In this document: piece by piece, positions 26,922 through 37,242 of the stretch
Numbering within the stretch: position 1 is the first letter of the stretch
Layout: every line of letters starts with the position of its first letter
Assembly: GCA_041688145.1 (NCBI GenBank)
Contig: JBDNIV010000017.1
Coordinates: forward strand, 13,446 to 77,445
DNA length: 64,000 nt
Source of the DNA: Chlamydiia bacterium
GTDB lineage: Bacteria; Chlamydiota; Chlamydiia; Chlamydiales; JAAKFQ01
Direction: 5' to 3'
Notes under the pieces: model-generated
The model's input: the letters and a program-made list of their open reading frames with translations, nothing else
What the model was told of the DNA's origin: nothing
The model's database searches: none
Made by a program: the position numbers and the translations under genes

Positions 26922-28348
26922 GATGCGATCAGGAAGTAAATCAGCATCGACAAGAAATCATTACAAGCTGTGATGATCGGGCCTGAAGCAATCGCAGGGT
27001 CTACGCCAATTTTAGCAAAAAGTAAAGGCACTAAAACGCCCAGTAAGCTTGCTCCAATACATGCAGAAGCAAGGCCTCCACTCACAATCACACTGATTAC
27101 TCTAGGGGTAATGCCGCCTGTATCAAGGCCTATCTGACTCAAGATATAGACAACAAGGCCACATAAAATACCAAAAATAAGGCCTGTCATAACGCCCAGT
27201 GTCATTTCTTTAATAGCGACTTTCCACTTGTTTTTAGGAGAAACAATACCAACGGCAATACCACGAACAAGAACTGTACTAGATTGCAGGCCAATGTTGC
27301 CTGAAAGCCCCATGATAAGCGGCACAAAATATAAAAATACTTTGGGAGCGCTAGCATAGTACGACATAACTTCCATATTCACTAGGCCTGCCATTAGCGT
27401 TACTAAAAGCCAAGGCGCTCTAGAAAAAAACCGGCGCAGGCCTGATTGGTGCTCAGTGACCTTCTCCGCTGTACCTACCATGCGAGCAAGTGTTTCGTCT
27501 GTAAGATCTTCGATAGCTTCAATAACATCATCGTAGGTGATCACACCCGCAAGCTTTTCTTCATTGTCAAACACTGGAAGTGCTGAGATCTTATAGCGTT
27601 CTACAATTTCAACCACTTCTTCTCGTGTGCTATCTAGATCAACACTATGCGCTACATAGCGTAAAAGACTTTTAAGTGGCGTATCACCAGGAGAAATCAG
27701 CAAACTACGTACTGCAACATAGCCCTGCATTCTGCCCTCTTCATCCAAAATGAAAACGCAACGCGTACAATCAATTTCAGGCCGGTCGCGAATTGATGCT
27801 GTAGCTTCAGCTACTGTAGTTTCTAAAGAGAATGTAAAAAAATCACCGCTCATAAGGCGAGCGGCAGTTGTGCGCTCATGGCTTATAAGTTCTTTTATTT
27901 GAAGCGCTTTTTTAGGGTCTAAGAGATCATAAAGCCGCTTTAGTCTTCTTTCTGGGAGCTCTTCAATCAGGCTTGCAGCCTCATCTAAAGGCATAGCATC
28001 AGCAAGGCGCTTAATTTCTTTTTCAGAAAGAGCGCGTAAAATAGCGCGCCTAGTGTCGCTTTCAGCATTTATTATAAAATCTGCTCGGCGAGCCCTAGAA
28101 GGAAGATTTTCATAAATAATAAGACGATAATGAGAAGGAAGTCTAGCCGCAGCATGCGCTATATCAACAGAAGAATGCTCATAAGCTATTTTTGTAATAT
28201 CTTTAAGCTTAATCCGGGATAAAGATTGGGCAAAAACATCCTCTAATCGCTCTAGGAGCTGATCATCTAGCTGGACGGTCCGCGATTCCATAAGGCTCGT
28301 ACCATAAGCCACTTCGGGCATGTCGATGGTGTCTGATTCGTCTATCAT
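26894..28348 (-). CDS. mgtE: Magnesium transporter MgtE
   Basis: MgtE N-domain, tandem CBS region, and a C-terminal 5-TM domain (GNIGLQSSTV, DPAIASGPIITACNDF). Confidence 0.93.
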   Translation of the reverse strand: MIDESDTIDMPEVAYGTSLMESRTVQLDDQLLERLEDVFAQSLSRIKLKDITKIAYEHSSVDIAHAAARLPSHYRLIIYENLPSRARRADFIINAESDTRRAILRALSEKEIKRLADAMPLDEAASLIEELPERRLKRLYDLLDPKKALQIKELISHERTTAARLMSGDFFTFSLETTVAEATASIRDRPEIDCTRCVFILDEEGRMQGYVAVRSLLISPGDTPLKSLLRYVAHSVDLDSTREEVVEIVERYKISALPVFDNEEKLAGVITYDDVIEAIEDLTDETLARMVGTAEKVTEHQSGLRRFFSRAPWLLVTLMAGLVNMEVMSYYASAPKVFLYFVPLIMGLSGNIGLQSSTVLVRGIAVGIVSPKNKWKVAIKEMTLGVMTGLIFGILCGLVVYILSQIGLDTGGITPRVISVIVSGGLASACIGASLLGVLVPLLFAKIGVDPAIASGPIITACNDFLSMLIYFLIASCLTFILLG

Positions 28349-28579
28349 AGCTCCTCCTGATCAGCCCGGATCTTAAAGCAATTCTTAAATAAAATCAATG
28401 GCAAGAAGATAAACAGACTAATGGTTATTTTAAATTATTTGCCCATAGTTTTGAAAATAACACTGCCTTGCCTAAAAACAAAGCTCTCTCTAGGATAGGG
28501 CCTAAGCTTTAAGGGGATCTTTGAAAGACCTTGGGACTTAATTAAACCTATAGATTTGAAGGATTAAAGGCTCAAATTC

Positions 28580-30541
28580 ATGCCTCTTAGACTCAAACGC
28601 AAAAAACTCTCAACACTTGATGAAACCTTTTACCTCATGGGAGAGGCTGAAAGGAAATGGTTTCAAAGCGCATGGAAAAAGGGTCATGCTCTCTTCAGCA
28701 AAGCCCTCAAACTATCTCCAGGATTAAGTGAGCTTCATTTTCGTAAAGCTGCTATTTTTTTCGAACTTGGCCTTTATGACAAAACACTTATGCCAATCGC
28801 AAAAAGTGCTGTTGAAGATGCCCTGAAAATTGAACCTCAAAACTATCTTATATGGCAACTTTATGGTTGGATTCTCTACGAGCTTTGGCTCATAGAGAAA
28901 ACGCCCGCTTTATTTGAAAAGCTTTTAAAAGCCTATAAAAAGGCCCGCTCTTTTGCTACTAGCTCCCAAGAAAAAGCTGATATTGATTGGGATTTGGGAC
29001 TTTCTCATTTTGAGATGGGCAATCTTGCTACAGAACCTATCGAATGGCATAAAGCTATTGAATTTTTAGAAAAAGCGCAGCCCTTTTTTAAAAAGAACCC
29101 TCGCTATTTACTAGAGCTCAGTGATGCATACCTCGCTTTTTCTAAAAAAGTACAAAGCGAGTATATCATTCAAAAAGCGCAAAAAACCTTAAAAGAACTT
29201 TGCTTAATTGAACCTGAGCAAAAAAGCCTCTATGAAGCGCGTTTAGCTATGGCCCATTTTAGGCTCTATGAGATCACTTTGAAAGAGAGTTTTCTCAATC
29301 AAGCTATCTCCTTTTTTTCAAATGTATGCACTTCAAATGCAGACTCTGTGCCTCTTTTAATGCTTTGGAGCAAGCTCTTGTTTTTAGCCACTGAAACCAA
29401 GCAAGACCCTGTCTATTTGCAGCTCGCTATCCAGAAATTAGAAAAAGCTAAAAGTTTAGACCCTGATAGCAGTGAAATACCACTCCTTTTAGTCGAAGGG
29501 ATTACAAAACTTTCATTGTTTAACGACACACTCGATAAAATTCCCCTTGCTACACAAGTGCTTACAGAACTAGAGAACCGGGAGTATGCTAATCCCAAAT
29601 TTCTCTATGCTCAAGGCCTTTGCGCCTGCGCTTTAGGGTTTTTTCATAATAACGCTGATTTTTTCCATAGAGCTGTCTGTTTCTTTGAAGATGCCTTAGA
29701 AAAAGAGCCTGCTAATGCTTCATTTTGGCATGCACTCGGCCTGTGTCACTTAGGTCTTGCTAACATAGAAGGTTTTGAAAAAAGGTGTATTGAAAGAGCC
29801 ACAACATGCTTTGAAAAAGCATATCACCTTAAGATCTCTTTAAGTACCCAGATCGATTACGCTTTTGCTCTTACTAAACTCGCTGAAATTCAAGAAGATG
29901 CCCTCCTTGCTAAAGAGGCTGTAGACATCTTTGAGTCTGCTCTTTCTAAAGAGGGGCTGAGTGCCCAAATGCATAGAGAGTGGCTTTTCCACTACGGCTG
30001 TGCACTTCGACTATACGCTACTCTAAATGGCGCTGAAACTTGCTTTTTATCTGCTATAGAGCTTTTTACCGAACAACTAGGAAAAACTAGCTTTGATCCT
30101 TCTGTACGCTTTGAGCTTGCCCTATCTATGATAGGGCTTGCTGAGCTGAGCTCTAATGCTCTTTTATTCAAACAAGCTGCAGACCACCTTGAAATAGTTA
30201 CCAAAACAGATAAAGAGCACGAGCCTGCTTTTTATGAACAAGCCTTAGCTCTTATGAATTTAGCTTATATGCAAAAAGAGCCCCAGGACAAAAGCGCTCA
30301 CAACCTCTATACAAGAGCTGAAAAAAAGCTTATTCACTGCGCTCGTTTAGGTAGTCTTAGAACTTTTTATAGCTTGGCCTGCCTCTACTCTCTAACAGAC
30401 CTTGATCAGACGGCCTTATTTTACTTAAAAAAGGCAAAAGACTATGGTTCTTTACCTGATAAGGAGCAGATTGAGGCCGACCCTTGGCTCGATAAGCTCA
30501 AATATTCTAGTGAATTTAAACGTTTTATTCAGGATCTCTAA
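28580..30541 (+). CDS. TPR-repeat protein
   Basis: 653 aa of repeated about 34-aa helical units with W/Y/A/L periodicity (e.g. NYLIWQLYGWILYELW, ASFWHALGLCHLGLAN). Confidence 0.7.
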   Translation: MPLRLKRKKLSTLDETFYLMGEAERKWFQSAWKKGHALFSKALKLSPGLSELHFRKAAIFFELGLYDKTLMPIAKSAVEDALKIEPQNYLIWQLYGWILYELWLIEKTPALFEKLLKAYKKARSFATSSQEKADIDWDLGLSHFEMGNLATEPIEWHKAIEFLEKAQPFFKKNPRYLLELSDAYLAFSKKVQSEYIIQKAQKTLKELCLIEPEQKSLYEARLAMAHFRLYEITLKESFLNQAISFFSNVCTSNADSVPLLMLWSKLLFLATETKQDPVYLQLAIQKLEKAKSLDPDSSEIPLLLVEGITKLSLFNDTLDKIPLATQVLTELENREYANPKFLYAQGLCACALGFFHNNADFFHRAVCFFEDALEKEPANASFWHALGLCHLGLANIEGFEKRCIERATTCFEKAYHLKISLSTQIDYAFALTKLAEIQEDALLAKEAVDIFESALSKEGLSAQMHREWLFHYGCALRLYATLNGAETCFLSAIELFTEQLGKTSFDPSVRFELALSMIGLAELSSNALLFKQAADHLEIVTKTDKEHEPAFYEQALALMNLAYMQKEPQDKSAHNLYTRAEKKLIHCARLGSLRTFYSLACLYSLTDLDQTALFYLKKAKDYGSLPDKEQIEADPWLDKLKYSSEFKRFIQDL

Positions 30542-30545
30542 TCTT

Positions 30546-32438
30546 ATGAACCTAAGACCCCTGCTTTTTGTTGTTTGCACAACAGCTTCTTTTTTCCTTA
30601 TTAGCCACTTTTTTACCGTCAAACAACTGGGATCACTTCCTATAAGTGCACCTTCTACAGAGAGTGTTGCTTCTGCTAATACCAGCTTAGTAACATCATC
30701 ACCTGAATCTGACAGTAAAGCACATTCGAACAGCAGCAATTCAACCTTAAGAAAAAAAGCCCTGCCTATTGCCAAAGAAGCTAAAGCCTTAGCTCTAAAA
30801 AGCAAAACAATGCAGGTCATTTTTGACATAAACTCTGCTTCAATCTCAGAGATTAATCTTCCTCATAAGTCCATATCTCCAACAAGTGTTATCCTACCTA
30901 TTGAAGCAGATGAAAAAGCTCAAAAAATTGATGGTATAGGTAATTTTCCTATCAAAGAGGCTTATCTTGCATCAGGCGAAAAAATCTCTTCCCAAATGGG
31001 AGGCTACCACCCTCTTTTAAGGCGAGGCACAAAAGCAGATCCAATGAGAAAAGAGCATTACGCTTTTAGTCTATCGTCTGTAGAAAACAAAGAGCTTATT
31101 GAGAATCTTATATTTAAGCCTGTTGCCCACACAGAAAAAAGCCTCTCTTTTCAAGCTCATTTGCCTACATCAACCATCACAAAAACTTTTACTCTAAACC
31201 CCAAAGCACCTTATTCCTTTGACTTAGAAGTAGAAGTATCCGGAGCCCCTTTAGACCTTTGGGTGAGTTCAGGTGTGCTCGAGACGGAGCTCATCTCTAA
31301 AAGAGCCACTTCTACTATCTGTTACAAATATGAAGATGGAGGCAAGGTTCATGTAGAATCAACCTCACTACCTAAAGACTCTTCTAATGTCTCGCCTCTT
31401 ATAGCCGATTGGGTTTCTAGTTCTAACGGTTTTTTTGGTATTGTTATGCGTCCAAAAACCGCTTTAAACCAAGGCTTTAAAACGCGCCGAGTAGAAGCTC
31501 ATAAAGCTCAAAGCCGCTTAAGTCACATGGACACAGTAGGTCAGTTTTCTCCAAATGATCTTTGTGGCTATGAACTTCTTTTACCTTTGAAAGCTCATGA
31601 ATCTAAAGAAAAATTAAGCATCTATTCAGGCCCTTACCATCGCGATATTTTAGCCCTCGTAGATAGTGCAGCTGAAGCAAACGGCGAAAAAGACCCCGAA
31701 GTTAAACAGGCCTCTTCATTTTTTGGCTGGTTTGCGTTTATCTCTGAGCCATTTGCAAAACTTTTATTTGTCCTTATTAACTTCTTCCATAGTTGGACAG
31801 GCTCATGGGGCATCTCTATTATCTTGCTTACTATAGCGCTGCGCGTGATGCTGTACCCTCTAAATGCTTGGGGCATACGCTCTCAGATAAAAATGCAAAA
31901 GCTTGGACCTGAGCTTGCTGCTATTAAAGCTAAACACAGTAAAGATCCTAAAAAAGCAAATCTTGAGCAGATGAGCCTCTACCGACAAAGAGGCGTTAAT
32001 CCCATATCAGGCTGTTTGCCTATGATAATTCAGCTGCCTTTCTTGATTGGTATGTTCGACCTTCTCAAATCGACATTTCAGCTGCGTGGAGCTTCTTTTA
32101 TCCCTGGCTGGATCAATAATTTAGCAGCTCCTGATGTCCTCTTTACATGGGGCTATCACTTGCCTATCTTAGGCAATGAGTTTCACCTCCTTCCTGTTTT
32201 AAACGCCTTAGGTATGCTCATTCAGCAAAAATTCTCTTCTAAACTACCTAAGGACTCGAGTCTATGGACTGATCAGCAAAGGCAGCAAAAAGTCATGGGT
32301 AATGTTATGGCTATTGTTCTTTTGTTTATCTTTTACAATATGCCTGCAGGCTTAAACATCTACTTCTTGTCTTCAATGCTTTTAGCTGTTTTCCAGCAGT
32401 GGGCTATGGAAAAATATATGAAGAAAAAGGCTAGTTGA
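30546..32438 (+). CDS. yidC: Membrane protein insertase YidC
   Basis: N-terminal TM segment, a large periplasmic domain, and the conserved C-terminal core (YPLNAWGIRSQIKMQKLGPE, GVNPISGCLPMIIQLPFLIGMF). ATG 30546 is preferred because the track start (30444) lies inside the TPR gene. Confidence 0.9.
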   Translation: MNLRPLLFVVCTTASFFLISHFFTVKQLGSLPISAPSTESVASANTSLVTSSPESDSKAHSNSSNSTLRKKALPIAKEAKALALKSKTMQVIFDINSASISEINLPHKSISPTSVILPIEADEKAQKIDGIGNFPIKEAYLASGEKISSQMGGYHPLLRRGTKADPMRKEHYAFSLSSVENKELIENLIFKPVAHTEKSLSFQAHLPTSTITKTFTLNPKAPYSFDLEVEVSGAPLDLWVSSGVLETELISKRATSTICYKYEDGGKVHVESTSLPKDSSNVSPLIADWVSSSNGFFGIVMRPKTALNQGFKTRRVEAHKAQSRLSHMDTVGQFSPNDLCGYELLLPLKAHESKEKLSIYSGPYHRDILALVDSAAEANGEKDPEVKQASSFFGWFAFISEPFAKLLFVLINFFHSWTGSWGISIILLTIALRVMLYPLNAWGIRSQIKMQKLGPELAAIKAKHSKDPKKANLEQMSLYRQRGVNPISGCLPMIIQLPFLIGMFDLLKSTFQLRGASFIPGWINNLAAPDVLFTWGYHLPILGNEFHLLPVLNALGMLIQQKFSSKLPKDSSLWTDQQRQQKVMGNVMAIVLLFIFYNMPAGLNIYFLSSMLLAVFQQWAMEKYMKKKAS

Positions 32439-32452
32439 TAAAAAGGCTTTCT

Positions 32453-32461
32453 TGTGAATAA
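32453..32461. promoter_or_regulatory. DnaA-box-like 9-mer TGTGAATAA (one mismatch to TGTGGATAA) upstream of dnaA
   Basis: Read directly from the sequence. It is a single copy in the 66-bp yidC-dnaA spacer. Confidence 0.3.
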
Positions 32462-32504
32462 TGGGGCAACGCTACCTCAAAGCCCATAGCCCCTGTAACC
32501 GCCG

Positions 32505-33818
32505 ATGCATATTTGGAAAGCTTTTGTCTTAACTCAAAAAAACCGCCTTCCTGCGAGATGCTGTAAATGGCTCGATGAGATAGAGCTTGTCCATTATGAC
32601 GCGAGACGAATTGAGCTAAAAGCGCCCTCAGCTTTTTTGGCCGCATGGTTTGATGAACATCTGCGCTCTTCTTTAGAAAAATTTGCTCAAAGCACCTCTT
32701 CTCGAAGAATAAAAATAGAGATTACCCTTCCCAATGAGCTTGTAAAATTACCTCCAAAGCCTCTAATTGAGCAGGCTCCTTTAAACCCTCTTTTTACCTT
32801 TCAAAACTTTGCTTTTTGGGATAATAATAGCCTTTGGAAGGGCGCTCTAAGTCATTTAGACCACTACAATCCCCTCTACTTTTTTGGCCCTAAGGGATCA
32901 GGGAAAACCCATCTAATGCAAGCGTTTGCCCACAAGTTCCAACAAGAAAAAAAACGCGTCCTTTTTATAAGTGCAAAAAGCTTTCAAGAAGCTTTTATAT
33001 ATGCTATTCGCTCTAACCAGGTATCCACTTTTAGAGCGCATTTTACAAATTTAGAGGCTCTTCTTATTGATGACATTGACCACTTAGCAGGAAAGCCTGC
33101 TACTTTGGAGGCTTTTTTTCATGTTTTTAATTCCCTCCATGAGCAAAAGGCTCAGCTTTTTTTCTCAAGTAATAAAGCCCCTCACCATATTGAAGGCCTA
33201 GAATCTAGGATTGTATCCAGACTTCAGTGGGGTCTTTGTCTTAAGCTTGAAAGTCCTGCTGAAAAAGGACTTACAGCTCTTTTAGAAAAAAAAGCCCTTG
33301 CTCTGGGAGTTGACCTTGTAAGCGCATCTCATATACTCAAACTGATTATGGGACGCTCTAAAAAACCTCATGAGTGCGTAAGAGCTCTAGAAGGCTTTAT
33401 TTTGAACGAACACCTAGAAGGCAAGTCCTTTCACACGCTTAGCTCAAACGCTCTTTCAGAGCGCTTACAATGCCTTATGCATGCACAGAAATCACTTACC
33501 CCTGAAGTGCTTATCCAGGCCGTAAGCCATTTTTATAAAATTCCCACAGAAGACCTCCTCGGCAAAAGTAAAGCACATGCATTTTCTCGTCCGAGAAAAA
33601 TTGCCATGTATCTATGTAAAAAAGAGCTTAAACTCTCTTACCCTGCTATAGGAAAAATCTTTGCTAGGGATCACTCTACCGTCATAAATGCTGTTCGCTC
33701 TTGTGAAAATTCGCAGCTAGTCGATGCTCATACGCTTGATAAGCTTCTTCAATCAGCCTCCAAAGAGATCGCTAGTTTCTCAAGCTTAGAAAAGGCCTCA
33801 TCAAAAAAGCCTGTGTAA
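32505..33818 (+). CDS. dnaA: Chromosomal replication initiator DnaA
   Basis: Walker A FFGPKGSGKTHLMQA, Walker B LLIDDIDHL, and domain IV RPRKIAMYLCKKELKLSYPAIGKIFARDHSTVINA. Confidence 0.9.
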   Translation: MHIWKAFVLTQKNRLPARCCKWLDEIELVHYDARRIELKAPSAFLAAWFDEHLRSSLEKFAQSTSSRRIKIEITLPNELVKLPPKPLIEQAPLNPLFTFQNFAFWDNNSLWKGALSHLDHYNPLYFFGPKGSGKTHLMQAFAHKFQQEKKRVLFISAKSFQEAFIYAIRSNQVSTFRAHFTNLEALLIDDIDHLAGKPATLEAFFHVFNSLHEQKAQLFFSSNKAPHHIEGLESRIVSRLQWGLCLKLESPAEKGLTALLEKKALALGVDLVSASHILKLIMGRSKKPHECVRALEGFILNEHLEGKSFHTLSSNALSERLQCLMHAQKSLTPEVLIQAVSHFYKIPTEDLLGKSKAHAFSRPRKIAMYLCKKELKLSYPAIGKIFARDHSTVINAVRSCENSQLVDAHTLDKLLQSASKEIASFSSLEKASSKKPV

Positions 33819-34645
33819 GCTTGATCTATTCTTTTGTGGACAAGATGGATACACTCTGGATTATTTTGCTTAGTACCCTTGGTAAAAGAGCTTTGATCCA
33901 AGAGAATTTGTAGGTTTATTTGCTCAAGAGTCTCTTTTATACTCTTTTGAAACTCTTTGAGCTGCCGGACAAAAGGGTGCTCTATTCCAAGGGCCTTTGT
34001 CAGCAAAGACAAACTTTTATCGGAAATGAGCACACTCTTACAAAAAAACCGACCCGCAAGAGCTGACTTTTCTTCAGAAGTTGCAGCTTTTTGAAAACTT
34101 CTTTGCCAAAACAAGCACTCTTTTTTGAATAAGTGTTCAAGCTCTTTTGGGTGATAAAGCTTGCCTAGTTTTTTTTCGACCGTATAGCTTAAGCCTTGTT
34201 CGTAACCCTCTTTTCGCATCTTTGCAACCATTAAAGGTACTCTAAGTGCTCCATATCTTTGTGCTTTATCCTCCCACTGTGAGGCGCTTTGCAGGCGATC
34301 ATAAAGAGGCTTTACTCCAAGACTTAGGCTTATAAGGCTGGAAATTACAGGACTAAGATAAGCTTCCAAGGCCCATTTTATAGTGCAAGCTGCAAAAATC
34401 CATAGGAGACAATGCCAAGCGCTTGCTATCCGCATAATACGCCCTTGTAATTGACAATCTTTGGCAAGAGTTAAGTGGTCCTCAGATTTTTCCAATAACA
34501 AGGCTCCATCAATGAGATACGCCTTTCCCAATTCCTGTACGCGATTATCTAAGTTTTTTTCTAAAACGCTTTTACTGACCTCATCAAAATTAAAAGAAGG
34601 AGTCCACTCAACACAGCAGTTTAGTGCTACAGAAGCTACTGTCAA
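33749..34645 (-). CDS. Hypothetical membrane protein, Inc-like, paralog 1
   Basis: Central hydrophobic block (CLLWIFAACTIKWALEAYLSPVISSLISLSLGV). Shares GK.YLIDG, (R/K)..GYE.G and HP.EL..L blocks with the upstream ORF. Its 3' end overlaps the dnaA 3' end by 70 nt. Confidence 0.55.
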   Translation of the reverse strand: MTVASVALNCCVEWTPSFNFDEVSKSVLEKNLDNRVQELGKAYLIDGALLLEKSEDHLTLAKDCQLQGRIMRIASAWHCLLWIFAACTIKWALEAYLSPVISSLISLSLGVKPLYDRLQSASQWEDKAQRYGALRVPLMVAKMRKEGYEQGLSYTVEKKLGKLYHPKELEHLFKKECLFWQRSFQKAATSEEKSALAGRFFCKSVLISDKSLSLLTKALGIEHPFVRQLKEFQKSIKETLEQINLQILLDQSSFTKGTKQNNPECIHLVHKRIDQAYTGFFDEAFSKLEKLAISLEAD

Positions 34646-35742
34646 AATATAGCTCCTATTTTATCTGCCTGTTTTTCGCTCTTGTGTAAATCGTTTAAAT
34701 AACGCTCTGCACAAGGATGCGCCTCTTCTAAAAAAGCTTTAGCCTCATTAAAAAAAGAACCGTAATGAGACATCCACTCTTTGCGCTGCACTTTAATTTT
34801 ATAATCCCGCTCGAATGCGAGCCTATTTTTCTCCACTTCTTCTCGGAGATAATCCCGCTTCGTCTCGATATAAGAAGTGCCATCTCTCATATAATGAATC
34901 TGAGTTCTCCAGTAAATAACACTATTGATGCGATTTTGGTAAATCACTTTTAAAGTGCTGATTTCCCCTAGATACTTCTTATCAAAGCTTTCATAAAGTT
35001 CTAAACGCCTATTTTCAAAATGCTTGCTCAAGCTAGACAAGTCACGAGTAAAAGAGCTGTCCATAAGATCTAAACTACCAAAAAGCGCTTTGCCAAAAAG
35101 GTTGCTTTGAAAAACAGTAAAAGCGAGTTTTGCTTTCTTACAATTACCTAAAGAGCTTTGCTTTTTGAGATCAATTAAGCTTTTCATATAGAGATATCTT
35201 AGCTCCTCTGGGTGAAAAGCGTCGCAAGGCAGTTTTGGATCAAGTCCCAAAGCCTCCTTTTGAATCTTATAAAATCCCTTCTCATAGCCGAGCCGTCTTA
35301 TTTTTGCGATGTCTTTAGCTAGAGTTGAAGATCTAGAAATATAAACAGGTATCATATCGAGTAGGATGTGCACTACAACCCCAAACCCAACAATTGTAAT
35401 AGGTATTATGGGGTTCATAAAATACACTCCAGCTACAGCAGTGCTCAATATGATAGGCACCAACATAGTCCCTAGAGATGGATGCTTTTTTAAAAGCTTT
35501 TTCGTGTAGGTAGATCTTTCATTAATTTCTCTAAGCGCTACTACCCCATCAATCAGATAATATTTCTTCCCTTCTAATGAGCTCTTAGGGTGGTATGCGT
35601 CTTCTTGAATAGAGCTTGCAGCTACTTTTAAAATGCGCTCTTTCAGAGGCTTAGCTACTTTTTCAGACATAGACTGAAGATCTAAGCCCTCTTCTCTAAA
35701 AGAAGTTAAAGGGTCTGAATATCCTATTAAAGAAAGGCTCAT
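34642..35742 (-). CDS. Hypothetical membrane protein, Inc-like, paralog 2
   Basis: Bilobed hydrophobic block (MLVPIILSTAVAGVYFMNPIIPITIVGFGVVVHILLDMIPVYI). ATGA overlap with paralog 1. Confidence 0.55.
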   Translation of the reverse strand: MSLSLIGYSDPLTSFREEGLDLQSMSEKVAKPLKERILKVAASSIQEDAYHPKSSLEGKKYYLIDGVVALREINERSTYTKKLLKKHPSLGTMLVPIILSTAVAGVYFMNPIIPITIVGFGVVVHILLDMIPVYISRSSTLAKDIAKIRRLGYEKGFYKIQKEALGLDPKLPCDAFHPEELRYLYMKSLIDLKKQSSLGNCKKAKLAFTVFQSNLFGKALFGSLDLMDSSFTRDLSSLSKHFENRRLELYESFDKKYLGEISTLKVIYQNRINSVIYWRTQIHYMRDGTSYIETKRDYLREEVEKNRLAFERDYKIKVQRKEWMSHYGSFFNEAKAFLEEAHPCAERYLNDLHKSEKQADKIGAIF

Positions 35743-35793
35743 AATAGCTCCGATTCCTAAAAATTAAGGAGCTTGAGGCTAACACAAGAGAGT

Positions 35794-37125
35794 CTAAACG
35801 GGATAGATATTTTCTATAAAAACAAGCAAGATGAGAGCTATAGCTATGAACTTCCATGTTAATTTGAAGTAGATATAGAGCCCTTTTTTTTCTAGCTTAG
35901 GGTGATTTGCCCCCTGTTCAATTTCTTCTAGAGCGCGCCTAGACTTCCAGACCCATCCAATAATTATAGCAACTATAAGACTGCCTAAAGGCACTAAGAT
36001 GTTGAGAGAGAAAAAGGAAATAATATCGTAAAAAGCCCATCCATATGCAAAGGAAAGCGCACTGGGTAATCCAACAAGAAAGCAGAGTAAAGCGCAGAGC
36101 ATAACCGCTGCTTTTCTTTTCCATCCTTTTTCCTGTAGATAGCAGATGAAAGGCTCCATAGCTGATATTTGAGATGTCAAAGCTGCTATAGCTACTAGCA
36201 AGAAAAAGAGTACAGAGAAAAAGTACCCTCCAGGAAGAGAGGAAAAAGCGACAGGCAGAAGAGAGAAAATAAGGCCTGACCCTGCTGCTTTACTCGCTTG
36301 TGATACGCCAGCGATACTAAAAATCGCAAATACACTTAAAAGAGCCGCTACTGTATCAAACAAAACTACCATAGCGCAGCTTGCGACGATATTTGTTTTT
36401 TTAGAAAGATAGCTGCCATAAGTGATCATAGTCCCTTGCCCTAAGCTTAAAGTAAAAAAAGCTTGCCCAAGAGCAATTAAAACACCTGCTCCAGTGAGCT
36501 TAGAAAAGTCCATGCTAAACAGAAAATTAAGCTGCCCTTTTTCTATATGAGAAAAGCCTTGAATGATGAGAATAATAAGGATAAGAAAAAGAAGCGGAAT
36601 TAACCAACGGCTCACCCATTCAATGCCTCTTCGGACTCCACCGACTAAGACAAGAGCGCTTAAGGCTACAAAAATAGCCTGAAAACCAATACTCCAGCTG
36701 GGGTTGTGTATCAAGTGATCGAAATAAGCAGCTGCTTTAGTTGAAGTGTCTAAATGCACTACATGGCCTATAATCGCTTGCCATAAGTAACCGATGACCC
36801 AGCCTGCAATAACCCCATAAAAGGAGCTAATCAAAAAACCTGTTAAAATTGAGAGTTTACCACATCCACGCCAAAAAACCTTTCTTCGAGCCACCGAAGC
36901 AAAAGCTCCAGGAGGACTCGATTTTCCATGACGCCCTAAAGAGACTTCAGCTACAAGTAAAGGAAAGCTAATCAGCAAAAGAAAGGCAAAATAAACAATG
37001 AGAAAAGCGCCTCCTCCATTTTGACCTACGACATAAGGAAAGCGCCAAATATTCGCAAGGCCAATAGCAGACCCAGCAGCAGCCGTTATAAATCCAAACT
37101 TTGTGCCCCATGTCTCTTTTTGCAT
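35794..37125 (-). CDS. Sodium-dependent transporter, SNF (neurotransmitter:sodium symporter) family
   Basis: WGTKFGFITAAAGSAIGLANIWRFPYVVGQNGGGAFL is the NSS signature. The profile shows 11-12 TM segments. Confidence 0.9.
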   Translation of the reverse strand: MQKETWGTKFGFITAAAGSAIGLANIWRFPYVVGQNGGGAFLIVYFAFLLLISFPLLVAEVSLGRHGKSSPPGAFASVARRKVFWRGCGKLSILTGFLISSFYGVIAGWVIGYLWQAIIGHVVHLDTSTKAAAYFDHLIHNPSWSIGFQAIFVALSALVLVGGVRRGIEWVSRWLIPLLFLILIILIIQGFSHIEKGQLNFLFSMDFSKLTGAGVLIALGQAFFTLSLGQGTMITYGSYLSKKTNIVASCAMVVLFDTVAALLSVFAIFSIAGVSQASKAAGSGLIFSLLPVAFSSLPGGYFFSVLFFLLVAIAALTSQISAMEPFICYLQEKGWKRKAAVMLCALLCFLVGLPSALSFAYGWAFYDIISFFSLNILVPLGSLIVAIIIGWVWKSRRALEEIEQGANHPKLEKKGLYIYFKLTWKFIAIALILLVFIENIYPV

Positions 37126-37242
37126 CGCTTAACCTATATATTCTATTCTCTTAAAAGCTGTCTTTTTACAACTTTCTTAAGTTTTTCCTCACCATACAAA
37201 ACCTAAAAAATAAGCGCACGCTTTTCTCTTAAGCACTTTTTT

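Noticed and set aside
28349-28579. Mg2+ (M-box) riboswitch in the 231-bp region upstream of mgtE
   Set aside because: Reading the minus-strand leader, I could not find the conserved M-box helices or sequence blocks. The region looks like a plain AT-rich divergent promoter spacer. A cmscan would be needed to exclude it formally.
30444-30545. N-terminal extensions proposed by the track for yidC (30444), lptD (56477), rnhC (41665), lgt (25654), aroA (13942) and smpB (8179)
   Set aside because: Each extension runs into the preceding gene or adds residues absent from well-known homologs. Internal ATG codons aligned to known N-termini were preferred.
32439-33850. Possible oriC next to dnaA
   Set aside because: I found only isolated one-mismatch DnaA-box-like 9-mers (TGTGAATAA at 32453 and TGTGGACAA at 33835). 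There is no cluster of boxes and no adjacent AT-rich unwinding element. The yidC-dnaA spacer is only 66 bp. Calling an origin would need genome-wide GC skew and a box search.
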